A stretch of DNA of 64,000 nucleotides. Origin: Alphaproteobacteria bacterium. Lineage in GTDB: Bacteria > Pseudomonadota > Alphaproteobacteria > Micavibrionales > Micavibrionaceae. Below the pieces are notes generated by a model that saw nothing but the letters and a program-made list of their open reading frames with translations, ran no database searches and was not told where the DNA came from. This document shows positions 9,490-18,700 of the stretch, in pieces (position 1 is the stretch's first letter; every line of letters begins with the position of its first letter). Position numbers and translations under genes: made by a program. The stretch spans positions 32,282 through 96,281 of the forward strand of contig JAJFGW010000047.1 of NCBI GenBank assembly GCA_021775915.1, given 5' to 3'.

Positions 9490-9571
9490 CTTGTTGCCCG
9501 CTTCCTTGATTACCATCGTAACATAATTATAAATACGAGCCAATTGTGGCGTTCAAATGATTTAAAAGAGG

Positions 9572-11845
9572 TTAATTTTTGGTTTTTTCTGTCGCTGCCC
9601 TCTGGAGAAATTTAAATAAGGCGGTAATGTTTGAATACTGATCGGTCCATAAACGAAAGTCTTCGTTTGGTTCGATGACTTTCCAATCATGAGCTTCCAG
9701 ATAATCAATATGGGCGGGCGCAGCGGTTAGAATGGTGAGATCGGTTTGGTGAAAAGGCATGCCCTCGATCTTTCCGCCTTTTGACACTCTGTTGTAGGTC
9801 TCCATGCCAATGGTGCTCGCTGCGCTGGAAACCACGGGCTTAAGGTTCAGATAACGGTTTGATATATGGACAACGATATGTCCGTCTTTTTTAAGCTTTC
9901 TTTTGTAAAGCTCAAAGGCCTCCAAGGTCAGAAGGTGGAGAGGGATACTATCCGAGCTAAAAGCATCCATAACGATGATGTCATAGTAATCATCGGGCTG
10001 TTCGATCATTTTGAGACGGGCATCACCTTGAATGATTTTATAGGGACTGCCGCAATTAGAAAGATAGGTGAAAAGCTTGGGGTCTTCAGCGATTTTGATA
10101 ACGTTAGGGTTGATTTCAAAAAAGTCAAAATGGCGGCCTTTTTTCTGATAACAGGAAACAACGCCTATTCCCAAACCAAGCACGGCAATGTTTTGATTTC
10201 CGGGCGCGCTTGCCATTTCAAAAGCATCGGTAAACCCGCTCTTTTCGCTGTAATAGGAAATTTGGAGATGTTTGTGTTTTGCGGCTAGAGCTTGTGCGCC
10301 GTGATATGTTGTGCCGTTTAGAAGCAGGCGGATACCTTGTTTGGGAGAGTCGATAATCTTGATGATACCGAAGAAGTTTCTGTCCCGGTGGATGACCTTG
10401 TCTGATGTGAGCTTACCCTGAAAAAGTCCAGGGGGATGAAGTGTCAGGATAATAAGAGCGCAGAAACCAAAAACCCACCTTTTTTCAAGGTTCATTGTAA
10501 GGACGCTCAGGAAGAGCAGAATTAAGACCATACGCAGCGATTGAATGTTTCCAAAATAAAGGGATGCAGCAGAGGCCATGAATATAATGATAATTTGTGT
10601 CAGGCCGGTTGTATTAAGAAACCCGTCCTCTCTTTTTGCCAACTTGTTTTTAAACCAGCGCCATGAGGTTGACAGGGATTTTTGAGGGAGGTTGCTTTCA
10701 CGCATAAAACAGCCAAGCGCCAGAATAATGCCGTATTCAATGGGGACAACAAAGAGATTGGGCGCAATAATGGCATTGAAAAATCCGCCCAAAGCGCCGC
10801 CAAGTGACATGATGAGATAGAACTGGGTCAAGTGTTTGGTGTGGGGGCGGGTTGCCGAAAGTTCGTGATGGCACATCAGGGCGGTGAAGAAGAAAAGCAG
10901 CAAATGAGCCATGACCAGAACAAACTTGCTCATGGTGGCCCCGGCACCCATAAAACTCAGGATCATTATAAGTATAAAGCCCTGTATATAATATGTCTTC
11001 TCTAGCCCGATGAACGGCTTTTTGGCAAAAGCGATGATGAATGTGCTGACATAAAGGGCGAGAGGGACGATCCAGAGCAGGGGGGCGGAGGCAAGGTCTG
11101 TCGTAATAAATGTAGTTACGCCCAGCATAAGGCTGGAAGGGACAAAGGCAAGGACCAGCCAAAGCGCGCGGCGTTGCCATGTAATGGCCTCTTCGTTTTT
11201 CTTTTCTGTGGTGGTGCTTGTATCGGTTGTGGTATGGCGCCAGACCAGTAGCGCCGAGACCATGACCAGGATAATCAGCAGGCCATAACCCCAGGCCCAT
11301 GAGCTGGATTGTTCAGCTATGCCTAGGGCCGGCTCAATAAAGAAGGGGTAGAGTAGCAGGGCGCTGATACTGCCAAGGTTGCTGGCAGCATAAAGGAAGT
11401 AAGGGTTATCGGAGTCCGGGTGTTTTGTGTAGGAAAACCAGTGCTGTAGCATCGGCGCGCTTCCGGATAATACAAAGAATGGCCCGCCAACAGCCACCGT
11501 CATTAAGGCCAACTGCCAGAGGGTAGGGTCGTTGCTGCCTGCAGGCGGAGTCCAGCCTTCCGGAATGGCAACGGGCAGGATAATTGTAAATACAAGAAGC
11601 AGAGTGATATGGAGCAAAGCCTGTGCTTTTATGCTCATAAAGCGCGCTGTGCCGTGGGCGTAGGCGTAACCGGCCAGCAACGTAACCTGAAAGAACAGCA
11701 TGGCCGCGTTCCAGACTGAAGGCGACCCGCCGAGCAGAGGCAAAATCATTTTGCCGAACATGGGCTGAACCAAAAATAGCAGGAATGCGCTCAGTAAAAG
11801 CGTGATTGTGTAAATCGGGATATAGAGCTTCTTCGAAGGAGTCAT
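9572..11845 (-). CDS. fused polytopic membrane / spermidine-synthase-like (class I SAM-MTase fold) protein
   Basis: The N-terminal ~480 aa contain many TM helices. The C-terminal domain has VLGLGIGVVSCY...FFEINPNVIKIA...YDIIVMDAFSSDSIPLHLLT, which is spermidine-synthase-like. Confidence 0.75.
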   Translation of the reverse strand: MTPSKKLYIPIYTITLLLSAFLLFLVQPMFGKMILPLLGGSPSVWNAAMLFFQVTLLAGYAYAHGTARFMSIKAQALLHITLLLVFTIILPVAIPEGWTPPAGSNDPTLWQLALMTVAVGGPFFVLSGSAPMLQHWFSYTKHPDSDNPYFLYAASNLGSISALLLYPFFIEPALGIAEQSSSWAWGYGLLIILVMVSALLVWRHTTTDTSTTTEKKNEEAITWQRRALWLVLAFVPSSLMLGVTTFITTDLASAPLLWIVPLALYVSTFIIAFAKKPFIGLEKTYYIQGFILIMILSFMGAGATMSKFVLVMAHLLLFFFTALMCHHELSATRPHTKHLTQFYLIMSLGGALGGFFNAIIAPNLFVVPIEYGIILALGCFMRESNLPQKSLSTSWRWFKNKLAKREDGFLNTTGLTQIIIIFMASAASLYFGNIQSLRMVLILLFLSVLTMNLEKRWVFGFCALIILTLHPPGLFQGKLTSDKVIHRDRNFFGIIKIIDSPKQGIRLLLNGTTYHGAQALAAKHKHLQISYYSEKSGFTDAFEMASAPGNQNIAVLGLGIGVVSCYQKKGRHFDFFEINPNVIKIAEDPKLFTYLSNCGSPYKIIQGDARLKMIEQPDDYYDIIVMDAFSSDSIPLHLLTLEAFELYKRKLKKDGHIVVHISNRYLNLKPVVSSAASTIGMETYNRVSKGGKIEGMPFHQTDLTILTAAPAHIDYLEAHDWKVIEPNEDFRLWTDQYSNITALFKFLQRAATEKTKN

Positions 11846-11955
11846 GCGGTAAGTTTAATGCAGAGTCTTTTAATTCTCAAACTCTTCTAGAGACTTGCAA
11901 AGAGAGACAGAATAGGGCATTAAAATGGTACCAAAAACGTACGGTATATATAGAA

Positions 11956-12405
11956 ATGATTAAACTATCGAAACTTACAGATTACGCCGTTGTGATTCTG
12001 GCGGCTATGGCCGGTCAGGAGGGCGGGCTTGCGTCTGCTTCCAGTCTATCAGCCGCAACGTCACTGCCGGAGCCGACCGTATCCAAAACGCTCAAATTGC
12101 TGGTAAGGGGCGGTGTTATTACTTCAACACGGGGCGTTAATGGCGGTTATGCGCTGCACTGTGCCCCGGATAAAATTCTGGTTAGTACCATTATCACAGC
12201 GATGGAGGGGCCGATTTCCCTGACCTCCTGTGTGGAGGGCAGCGATGATAGTTGCGCGATGGAAGGGACGTGCCAGTTGCACGGGCGCTGGGATGTTGTG
12301 AACATGGCGATTAAGACTGCGCTTGATAATGTAACGCTGGCGGATATGTTGTCTCGGTCTTGTGTCAAAATACCTTCGTTTATGGAAGAGAATGTACGGT
12401 TATGA
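11956..12405 (+). CDS. Rrf2 family transcriptional regulator at the head of the suf operon
   Basis: Begins [19 protein letters not shown]..., the Rrf2 N-terminal HTH, and has a Cys cluster (C..C.....C). Its stop overlaps the sufB ATG. The tracked upstream extension to 11806 was rejected. Confidence 0.8.
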   Translation: MIKLSKLTDYAVVILAAMAGQEGGLASASSLSAATSLPEPTVSKTLKLLVRGGVITSTRGVNGGYALHCAPDKILVSTIITAMEGPISLTSCVEGSDDSCAMEGTCQLHGRWDVVNMAIKTALDNVTLADMLSRSCVKIPSFMEENVRL

Positions 12406-13856
12406 GCAATATTTCCGATGACACAATTGAGCAGGTTCAAAACCTTAAGACCTACGAGGCCGGGTTTGTCACCGATATTGAGTCTGACAAAGCGCCGCAA
12501 GGCTTGTCTGAGGAGATTGTTCGGTTTATCTCGGCCAAAAAGAATGACCCGGACTGGCTGCTTGAATGGCGGCTTAAGGCTTATGAGCGCTGGCTGAAAA
12601 TGCCGGAGCCGGATTGGGCGAAGCTTGATTACCCGGAAATTGATTATCAGGACTACTATTATTACGCCGCGCCTAAAACGGCGGGCGATGCGCCGAAGTC
12701 TTTAGACGAGGTTGATCCGAAATTGCTGGAAACTTACGAGAAGCTCGGCATTCCGTTGCGGGAACAGGAGATGCTCGCCGGGGTCGCCGTTGACTATGTT
12801 TTTGATAGTGTTTCGGTCGCGACAACTTTTAAGAAATCACTTGAAGAAAAAGGTATAATCTTTTGTTCTATAAGTGAAGCTGTGCAAAATCATCCAGATC
12901 TTGTGCGCAAATATATGGGTTCGGTCGTGCCGTACCATGATAACAAGCATGCCTGTTTAAACAGCGCCGTATTTACGGATGGCTCCTTTGTTTATATTCC
13001 TGAGGGCGTACGCTGCCCGATGGAGCTTTCGACTTACTTTCGGATTAACGAGCTTAATACCGGCCAGTTTGAGCGGACGCTTATTATCGCCGATAAAGGC
13101 GCGTACGTGTCGTACCTTGAGGGTTGCACCGCGCCGATGCGTGATACGCGCCAGCTTCACGCCGCTGTGGTCGAGCTCATTGCCCATGAAGATGCGGAGA
13201 TCAAGTACTCGACGGTACAGAACTGGTATCCCGGTGACGAAGAGGGCAAGGGCGGGATTTACAATTTTGTGACCAAGCGCGGGCTCTGCGAGGGCAAAAA
13301 CGCGAAGATAAGCTGGACGCAGGTGGAAACCGGCTCGGCGATTACATGGAAATACCCGTCCTGTGTATTGAAGGGGGATAATTCTGTGGGCGAGTTTTAT
13401 TCTGTAGCGATTACAAATAATTACCAGCAGGCCGATACCGGGACAAAAATGATCCATATTGGCAAGAACACCAAAAGCCGGATTATATCCAAGGGCATCA
13501 GTGCCGGGCATGCTGACCAAACTTATCGCGGCGTGGTGAAAATAATGCCCAATGCTACCGGCGCGCGGAACTATACGCAGTGCGATAGCTTGCTGATCGG
13601 TAATCTGTGCGGCGCGCATACGGTGCCTTATATTGAAAGCCGTAATCCGGACGCGCAATTAGAGCACGAAGCCACCACCAGCAAGATCAGCGATGACCAG
13701 CTTTTCTACGCCCGCCAGCGCGGGATCGGCGAGGAAGAGGCCGTCGCGCTTATTGTGAACGGCTTCTGCCGCGACGTAATGCAACACCTCCCCATGGAAT
13801 TCGCCGTCGAGGCGCAGAAGCTGGTGGGGATTAGTCTGGAGGGGAGTGTTGGGTGA
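12402..13856 (+). CDS. sufB: Fe-S cluster assembly protein SufB
   Basis: SufB-like over its full length (...[21 protein letters not shown]...[15 protein letters not shown]...). The ATG at 12402 overlaps the Rrf2 gene's stop codon. Confidence 0.92.
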   Translation: MSNISDDTIEQVQNLKTYEAGFVTDIESDKAPQGLSEEIVRFISAKKNDPDWLLEWRLKAYERWLKMPEPDWAKLDYPEIDYQDYYYYAAPKTAGDAPKSLDEVDPKLLETYEKLGIPLREQEMLAGVAVDYVFDSVSVATTFKKSLEEKGIIFCSISEAVQNHPDLVRKYMGSVVPYHDNKHACLNSAVFTDGSFVYIPEGVRCPMELSTYFRINELNTGQFERTLIIADKGAYVSYLEGCTAPMRDTRQLHAAVVELIAHEDAEIKYSTVQNWYPGDEEGKGGIYNFVTKRGLCEGKNAKISWTQVETGSAITWKYPSCVLKGDNSVGEFYSVAITNNYQQADTGTKMIHIGKNTKSRIISKGISAGHADQTYRGVVKIMPNATGARNYTQCDSLLIGNLCGAHTVPYIESRNPDAQLEHEATTSKISDDQLFYARQRGIGEEEAVALIVNGFCRDVMQHLPMEFAVEAQKLVGISLEGSVG

Positions 13857-13936
13857 TGACGGGATTAAGGACGTGCTTACATACAAACGTGCTACACTTT
13901 AGGTCGTTTAGAGTAACCAGTATAAGGAAATAAAAA

Positions 13937-14251
13937 ATGAGTCTGGATGTAGAGTTTGAAGCGAGTTTTGTGAGAATTATCGGCCTGATGGGGTTTATTC
14001 TGGCAACGGTGGCATTCTTCTTGATGATGAGTGGTATGACGGGTGCTGAAGGAGAGCAGGATGCCGATGATGTCATGTTTGTGGCATTTGTTATGTGTAC
14101 GGCGCTGGCTTTTGCGGGACTGATTATTTCAACTCTGGCGCAGATGCTTTCGACTTTGCAGAATATCGAAAAGTTACTTGAGGGCCAGAGCAAGCCAATA
14201 AAGAAAACGCCTGCAAAGAAAACAACAACGAAGAAGAAAAAGACCACATGA
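13937..14251 (+). CDS. small 2-TM membrane protein with Lys/Thr-rich tail, embedded in the suf operon
   Basis: AAGGAA lies 8 nt upstream of the ATG. It has two hydrophobic helices and the tail KKTPAKKTTTKKKKTT. Its stop overlaps the sufC start (ATGA). Confidence 0.55.
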   Translation: MSLDVEFEASFVRIIGLMGFILATVAFFLMMSGMTGAEGEQDADDVMFVAFVMCTALAFAGLIISTLAQMLSTLQNIEKLLEGQSKPIKKTPAKKTTTKKKKTT

Positions 14252-14997
14252 TTGAAATAAAAGACCTGCATGTTGAAACGGATGATAAGGAAATCCTCAA
14301 AGGCATAGACCTTACCCTGCAAAAGGGTGAGGTCCATGCGATTATGGGCCCGAACGGCTCGGGAAAATCCACGCTCTCTTATGCGCTGGCCGGGCGGGAC
14401 GGTTATAATGTTACCAAAGGCACGGCTTCTATAAATGAGCAAAGCTTGCTGGATATGCTGCCTGAAGAGCGCGCGGCAGCGGGCGTTTTTCTGGCGTTTC
14501 AGTACCCGGTGGAAATTCCGGGCGTGCAGATGTCCAATTTTCTTAAAACCGCGCTGAATGCCGTTCGTAAGGCGCGCGGAAAGGACGAGCTGGATGCGCT
14601 CGAATTCCTTAAGCTGGCGAAGAAAAAGATGAAGGAGCTCGGCGTAAGCGATGACATGCTCAAACGTCCGGTCAATGTCGGCGCTTCGGGTGGCGAGAAA
14701 AAGCGCAACGAAGTGCTGCAAATGGCTTTGCTTGAGCCAAGCTTTGCTGTGCTGGATGAAACCGATAGCGGACTGGATATTGACTCGCTCAAAATTGTTG
14801 CTGACGGTATCAATAAATTGCGCAGTCCGGAGCGGACATTTTTGGTGATTACGCATTATCAAAGGCTGCTGGATTATATCAAGCCGGATGTGGTGCATAT
14901 TTTGGCCGACGGCCGGATCATAAAATCCGGCGGGCCGGAGCTGGCCCTGGAGTTGGAAGAAAAAGGCTATGCCGGGTTTTTGGGGCAGGCCGCATGA
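14248..14997 (+). CDS. sufC: Fe-S cluster assembly ATPase SufC
   Basis: Has Walker A GPNGSGKST, the signature GASGGEKKR and Walker B AVLDETDSGLD. Confidence 0.93.
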   Translation: MIEIKDLHVETDDKEILKGIDLTLQKGEVHAIMGPNGSGKSTLSYALAGRDGYNVTKGTASINEQSLLDMLPEERAAAGVFLAFQYPVEIPGVQMSNFLKTALNAVRKARGKDELDALEFLKLAKKKMKELGVSDDMLKRPVNVGASGGEKKRNEVLQMALLEPSFAVLDETDSGLDIDSLKIVADGINKLRSPERTFLVITHYQRLLDYIKPDVVHILADGRIIKSGGPELALELEEKGYAGFLGQAA

Positions 14998-15437
14998 GAG
15001 TGTTTTTAACGCATATGAATCTTCAGGTCATGGACATGGACAAGAGCATTGCGTTTTATGAGCAATGGTGCGGCATGAAAGTGGTTCATCAGCATGACTC
15101 AGACACGCCTGACCAGCCTGTTACATGGATGGCGAGCCCCGATCAGGACGATGATTTTGTGCTGGTACTTGCACCGGGCAGAACACAAAAATGTAATCAA
15201 AAAGGCGCGGAGCTGGAGCATTTAGGCTTTTCCGTAGAAACACTGGATGATGTGACGGAAATGGCGCGGCGCGGCGTTGAAGCCGGTATTCTTCATTGGG
15301 ATGTTATTGATGGCGGCGAGAAATTTGGCGTGATCTGCGGTGTCTATGATCCGGATGGACGTATTATCGAGTTTAGTTTTGGCCAGCCTCTGGGGCAGAA
15401 TTATAAAGCGCAGAACAACCGAAAATTAGAACCTTAA
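14994..15437 (+). CDS. VOC (glyoxalase/bleomycin-resistance/dioxygenase) family protein embedded in the suf operon
   Basis: The sequence THMNLQVMDMDKSIAFYEQWCGMKV ... EHLGFSVE ... DPDGRIIEF is typical of the VOC fold. Its ATG overlaps the sufC stop (ATGA). Confidence 0.65.
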   Translation: MRVFLTHMNLQVMDMDKSIAFYEQWCGMKVVHQHDSDTPDQPVTWMASPDQDDDFVLVLAPGRTQKCNQKGAELEHLGFSVETLDDVTEMARRGVEAGILHWDVIDGGEKFGVICGVYDPDGRIIEFSFGQPLGQNYKAQNNRKLEP

Positions 15438-15464
15438 AGTCCTCTCCCTTTAGGGAGAGGACTT
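15437..15464. other. perfect 12-bp hairpin (AAGTCCTCTCCC-TTTA-GGGAGAGGACTT) between the VOC gene and sufD
   Basis: Read directly. It starts on the last base of the VOC stop codon, and no U-tract follows on either strand. Confidence 0.7.
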
Positions 15465-15490
15465 AGGTGAGGGAATGAAAGAAGTTGCGA

Positions 15491-16708
15491 ATGTCAGCAT
15501 CTAAAAACATTATGAAATTTCCGAAGAAAAGCCGTTACAAACCGGAAACGGCGGACGTCTTTGTGCCTATGGAGGAGGGCGGCGCGGACTGGTTGCGGGC
15601 GCTTCGTAAGTCTGGCTTTGATGAACTCAAGGAGCAGGGGCTACCGACACCAAAGCTGGAGCGCTGGAAATATACCAATTTATTGCCGCTGGTGAAGAAT
15701 TTTGGTGCAGAGCTTGGTGCTTCGGATGTTGTGTATGAAGATCCGGATAAGCTTGTGCAAAACATGGGGGTTCTTTTTGAGGACGCACCGCGCTGGCTTA
15801 TTGACGTTCTGTCACAAGCGCCTGTCCGTGATGATATGGCACTTTGGCATTTATGTAATGCTTATATCCGCGATGGCGTTGTGATTGACGTGCCTGCGGG
15901 TGAAATCGTGGATAAGCCTGTGGAAATCACGATTACCGGGCATGATGGCGCGTTCTTTGTTCCGCGCACGGTGTTTAGGCTGGGCGAGGGTGCAGAATTA
16001 ACGGTTATTGAGTTTCACAAGGGCGAAGGGCGATATTGGAACAATCGCGTGACCAATGTTATTGTCGGGCCGAATGCGCGGATGCGTCATTACCGGATAC
16101 AGGAGAACAGCGCGGATGCCGTTTATACCCAGAACACTCATGTTCAAATCGAGCGTGACGGCACTTATGAGGGTTTTACCCTGGCGGCGGGCGCGGCGCT
16201 GAGCCGTAACCAAATTCATGCGGAGTTATCGGGGAGCAATGCGACCTGTGACGTATCCGGTATTAATATTCTGCGCGGCAGCCAGCACGGTGATACTACA
16301 TTAGAGATTGAGCATAAAGCACCGCACTGTACCTCTCATCAATTTATACGTAGTGTGCTCGGCGATCAGGCGCACGGCGTGTTTCAGGGCAAGGTGTATG
16401 TGTCCAGGGGGGCGGACAAGACAGACGCGGATCAGCTTTCCAATGCTCTTCTGCTTTCGGAAGGGGCGGAGATGGATACCAAGCCGGAACTGGAGATTTA
16501 TGCCGAAGATGTTAAATGCTCCCACGGCGCGACGACGGGAAAGCTGGAAGACGAGTCCCTGTTTTACCTGCGGAGCCGGGGAGTGCCCGAGGATCAAGCG
16601 CGGGCGCTGCTGATTGAGGCCTTTGTGGACGAAGTTGCGGATAAGCTTGGGGATGAAGCTGTAAGAGAGATTGTACGTAAACGGGTAGAGATATGGTTGA
16701 AAAAGTAA
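15491..16708 (+). CDS. sufD: Fe-S cluster assembly protein SufD
   Basis: SufD-like C-terminus (...SHGATTGKLEDESLFYLRSRGV..ARALLIEAF). The ATG at 15491 is preferred over the TTG at 15485. Confidence 0.88.
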   Translation: MSASKNIMKFPKKSRYKPETADVFVPMEEGGADWLRALRKSGFDELKEQGLPTPKLERWKYTNLLPLVKNFGAELGASDVVYEDPDKLVQNMGVLFEDAPRWLIDVLSQAPVRDDMALWHLCNAYIRDGVVIDVPAGEIVDKPVEITITGHDGAFFVPRTVFRLGEGAELTVIEFHKGEGRYWNNRVTNVIVGPNARMRHYRIQENSADAVYTQNTHVQIERDGTYEGFTLAAGAALSRNQIHAELSGSNATCDVSGINILRGSQHGDTTLEIEHKAPHCTSHQFIRSVLGDQAHGVFQGKVYVSRGADKTDADQLSNALLLSEGAEMDTKPELEIYAEDVKCSHGATTGKLEDESLFYLRSRGVPEDQARALLIEAFVDEVADKLGDEAVREIVRKRVEIWLKK

Positions 16709-17913
16709 TTATAGAGAATTGCCGTTCTGATTTTCCTGTTCTTCAAGGGGGGGCGGTTTCGTATCTCGACAGTGCCGCCAGCGCGCAGAAACCGCGCGCC
16801 GTGATCGATGCTATGAGCGAAGTTATGGAGACGCATTACTCTAATATTCACAGAGGATTGTATTCTTTTTCTCAAGTAACAACAGAGAAGTTTGAAGCTG
16901 TTCGTAAAATGGTTGCCGGGTTTATTGGTGCAGAGTCAGACAAGGAAATCGTCTTTACCCGGAATGCGACGGAAAGCATAAACCTTGTGGCGCAAAGCTG
17001 GGGCCGTGAGTTTCTCGAAAAGGGTGATGAGGTCATTCTGAGCGAAATGGAGCACCACGCCAATATCGTGCCGTGGCAGCTTTTGCGCGATCAGATTGGC
17101 GTTGTCATCAAGGTCGTTCCTGTTCTGGATGACGGCACGCTTGATCTGGACGCTTTTGAGCGGATGTTAACGCCGCAAACAAAACTCGTTAGTGTTGTGC
17201 ATGTTTCCAATGCGCTTGGTACTGTCAATGACGTCAAGAAAATCACTGCCATTGCCAAGGATTTTTACCCGGCAATGAAAGTGCTGGTCGATGGTTCACA
17301 GGCTGTTGTTCATAAGGTGGTTGATGTGCAGGACATAGGCTGCGACTTTTATGTCTTTACCGGGCATAAGCTTTACGGGCCAACGGGGGTTGGTGTGCTT
17401 TGGGGCAAGTATGGTGTTCTTGAAACTATGCCGCCTTATCAGGGCGGCGGCGATATGATTGAAAAGGTTGAGTTCTCGCATACGACCTACAAGAAACCGC
17501 CCGCACGTTTTGAAGCCGGGACTCCGGCGATTATCGAGGTTATTGGTCTTGGCGCGGCGATAGAATATGTGCAGTCTATCGGTATTGACGCGATTATGGC
17601 GCATGAGGCCGATTTGCTTGGCTATGCTATGGATAAATTCGGTAGTGTGGACGGACTTACATTCTATGGCACCGCACCGGACAAAGCCGGGATTATTTCC
17701 TTTACAGCGGATTGGGGACATCCTAGTGATATAGCGACGATCCTTGATCAGTGTGGTGTGGCTGTACGTACGGGGCATCATTGTTGCCAGCCCATAATGG
17801 CCCGTTTTGATGTGGATGCCACGGTACGGGCCTCGCTGGGGCTTTATTCCAGCAAGGGTGATATTGATGCGCTAACCAACGGATTGTTAAAGGCAAAGGA
17901 GTTATTAGGGTGA
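16693..17913 (+). CDS. sufS: cysteine desulfurase SufS
   Basis: Has the PLP lysine context FTGHKLYGPTGVGVLWG and the catalytic Cys loop RTGHHCCQP. Confidence 0.92.
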   Translation: MVEKVIIENCRSDFPVLQGGAVSYLDSAASAQKPRAVIDAMSEVMETHYSNIHRGLYSFSQVTTEKFEAVRKMVAGFIGAESDKEIVFTRNATESINLVAQSWGREFLEKGDEVILSEMEHHANIVPWQLLRDQIGVVIKVVPVLDDGTLDLDAFERMLTPQTKLVSVVHVSNALGTVNDVKKITAIAKDFYPAMKVLVDGSQAVVHKVVDVQDIGCDFYVFTGHKLYGPTGVGVLWGKYGVLETMPPYQGGGDMIEKVEFSHTTYKKPPARFEAGTPAIIEVIGLGAAIEYVQSIGIDAIMAHEADLLGYAMDKFGSVDGLTFYGTAPDKAGIISFTADWGHPSDIATILDQCGVAVRTGHHCCQPIMARFDVDATVRASLGLYSSKGDIDALTNGLLKAKELLG

Positions 17914-18308
17914 GTATGGTAGAGCCAGTGAGCACAGCAGACGAATATGATGAACTGGCGCAGCCGCCGCATGCGGAAGTACCGCGCGATCATAAATTAT
18001 GGCCTTTGATGGAGGCGGCCCTGCGCGAGATTTATGACCCGGAAATCCCGGTCAATGTCTTTGAGCTCGGGCTGATCTACAAGGTCGATATCACCGCAGG
18101 CAAAGACGGGCAGATTGATCTGTACGTGCAAATGAGCTTGACCTCGCCGGCCTGCCCGGTGGCGCAGGAAATGCCGAGCTGGGTGCAGGGGGCGCTGTTC
18201 CCGATTGAAGGCATTGGCGAGGTCGATGTCGAGGTTGTTTGGGACCCGACCTGGGAGCCGTCCATGATGGCGGAAACCGCGAAATTACAACTCAATATGT
18301 TTGGTTAG
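17910..18308 (+). CDS. sufT: SUF system Fe-S assembly protein, DUF59/SufT-like
   Basis: Has the DUF59 signature IYDPEIPVNVFELGLIY...LTSPACPV. The start is GTG. Confidence 0.8.
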   Translation: MSMVEPVSTADEYDELAQPPHAEVPRDHKLWPLMEAALREIYDPEIPVNVFELGLIYKVDITAGKDGQIDLYVQMSLTSPACPVAQEMPSWVQGALFPIEGIGEVDVEVVWDPTWEPSMMAETAKLQLNMFG

Positions 18309-18316
18309 GCTCTGTA

Positions 18317-18655
18317 ATGTTTGGTTTGCTAACAATCACCGATCTGGCCGCCGAGGAGCTTAAAAAGCGTACGGCGATGAATAGCGATGCGGTTGGTGTA
18401 CGCTTGTCCGTTACCAATACGGGCTGTTCCGGGCATAGCTATAAAATGGAACATGTTCTCGAAGAAGACAGCGCCGATGACAAATTCGAGCATGAAGGCG
18501 CTGTTCTATACGTGCCAAAGGCGCACACCATGTTTTTGTTGGGGACGGAGGTCGATTATAAGGAAGATGATTTGGCTTCTACCTTTGTCTTTAACAACCC
18601 CAATGCGGATAGTACCTGCGGCTGCGGTGAGAGCTTTTCGGTTAAGGAAGGCTAA
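18317..18655 (+). CDS. sufA: A-type Fe-S carrier (SufA/IscA/HesB family)
   Basis: Has GCSGHSY and the C-terminal CGCGESF motif. The ATG at 18317 follows the sufT stop, so the tracked upstream extension was rejected. Confidence 0.85.
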   Translation: MFGLLTITDLAAEELKKRTAMNSDAVGVRLSVTNTGCSGHSYKMEHVLEEDSADDKFEHEGAVLYVPKAHTMFLLGTEVDYKEDDLASTFVFNNPNADSTCGCGESFSVKEG

Positions 18656-18700
18656 CGAGCCATAACTCCTGCGATCCTGTATTCGTGCATTCTGTCGGGT

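Noticed and set aside
11806-11955. N-terminal extensions in the ORF track: the Rrf2 gene from 11806, sufB from 12360, sufA from 18239, rbfA to 32387, the coiled-coil gene from 49977, the secreted protein to 54497, DUF192 from 61102 and the NDUFS4-like gene from 62915
   Set aside because: The extensions overlap upstream genes or add unconserved residues. In each case an internal ATG with a better Shine-Dalgarno coincides with the conserved family N-terminus or a signal peptide.
12957-14898. Long antisense ORFs (233 aa at 12957-13658 and 355 aa at 13831-14898) opposite sufB and sufC
   Set aside because: They fully overlap strongly conserved SufB and SufC coding sequence on the other strand. 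Their translations are low-complexity with no motifs. These are typical shadow ORFs.
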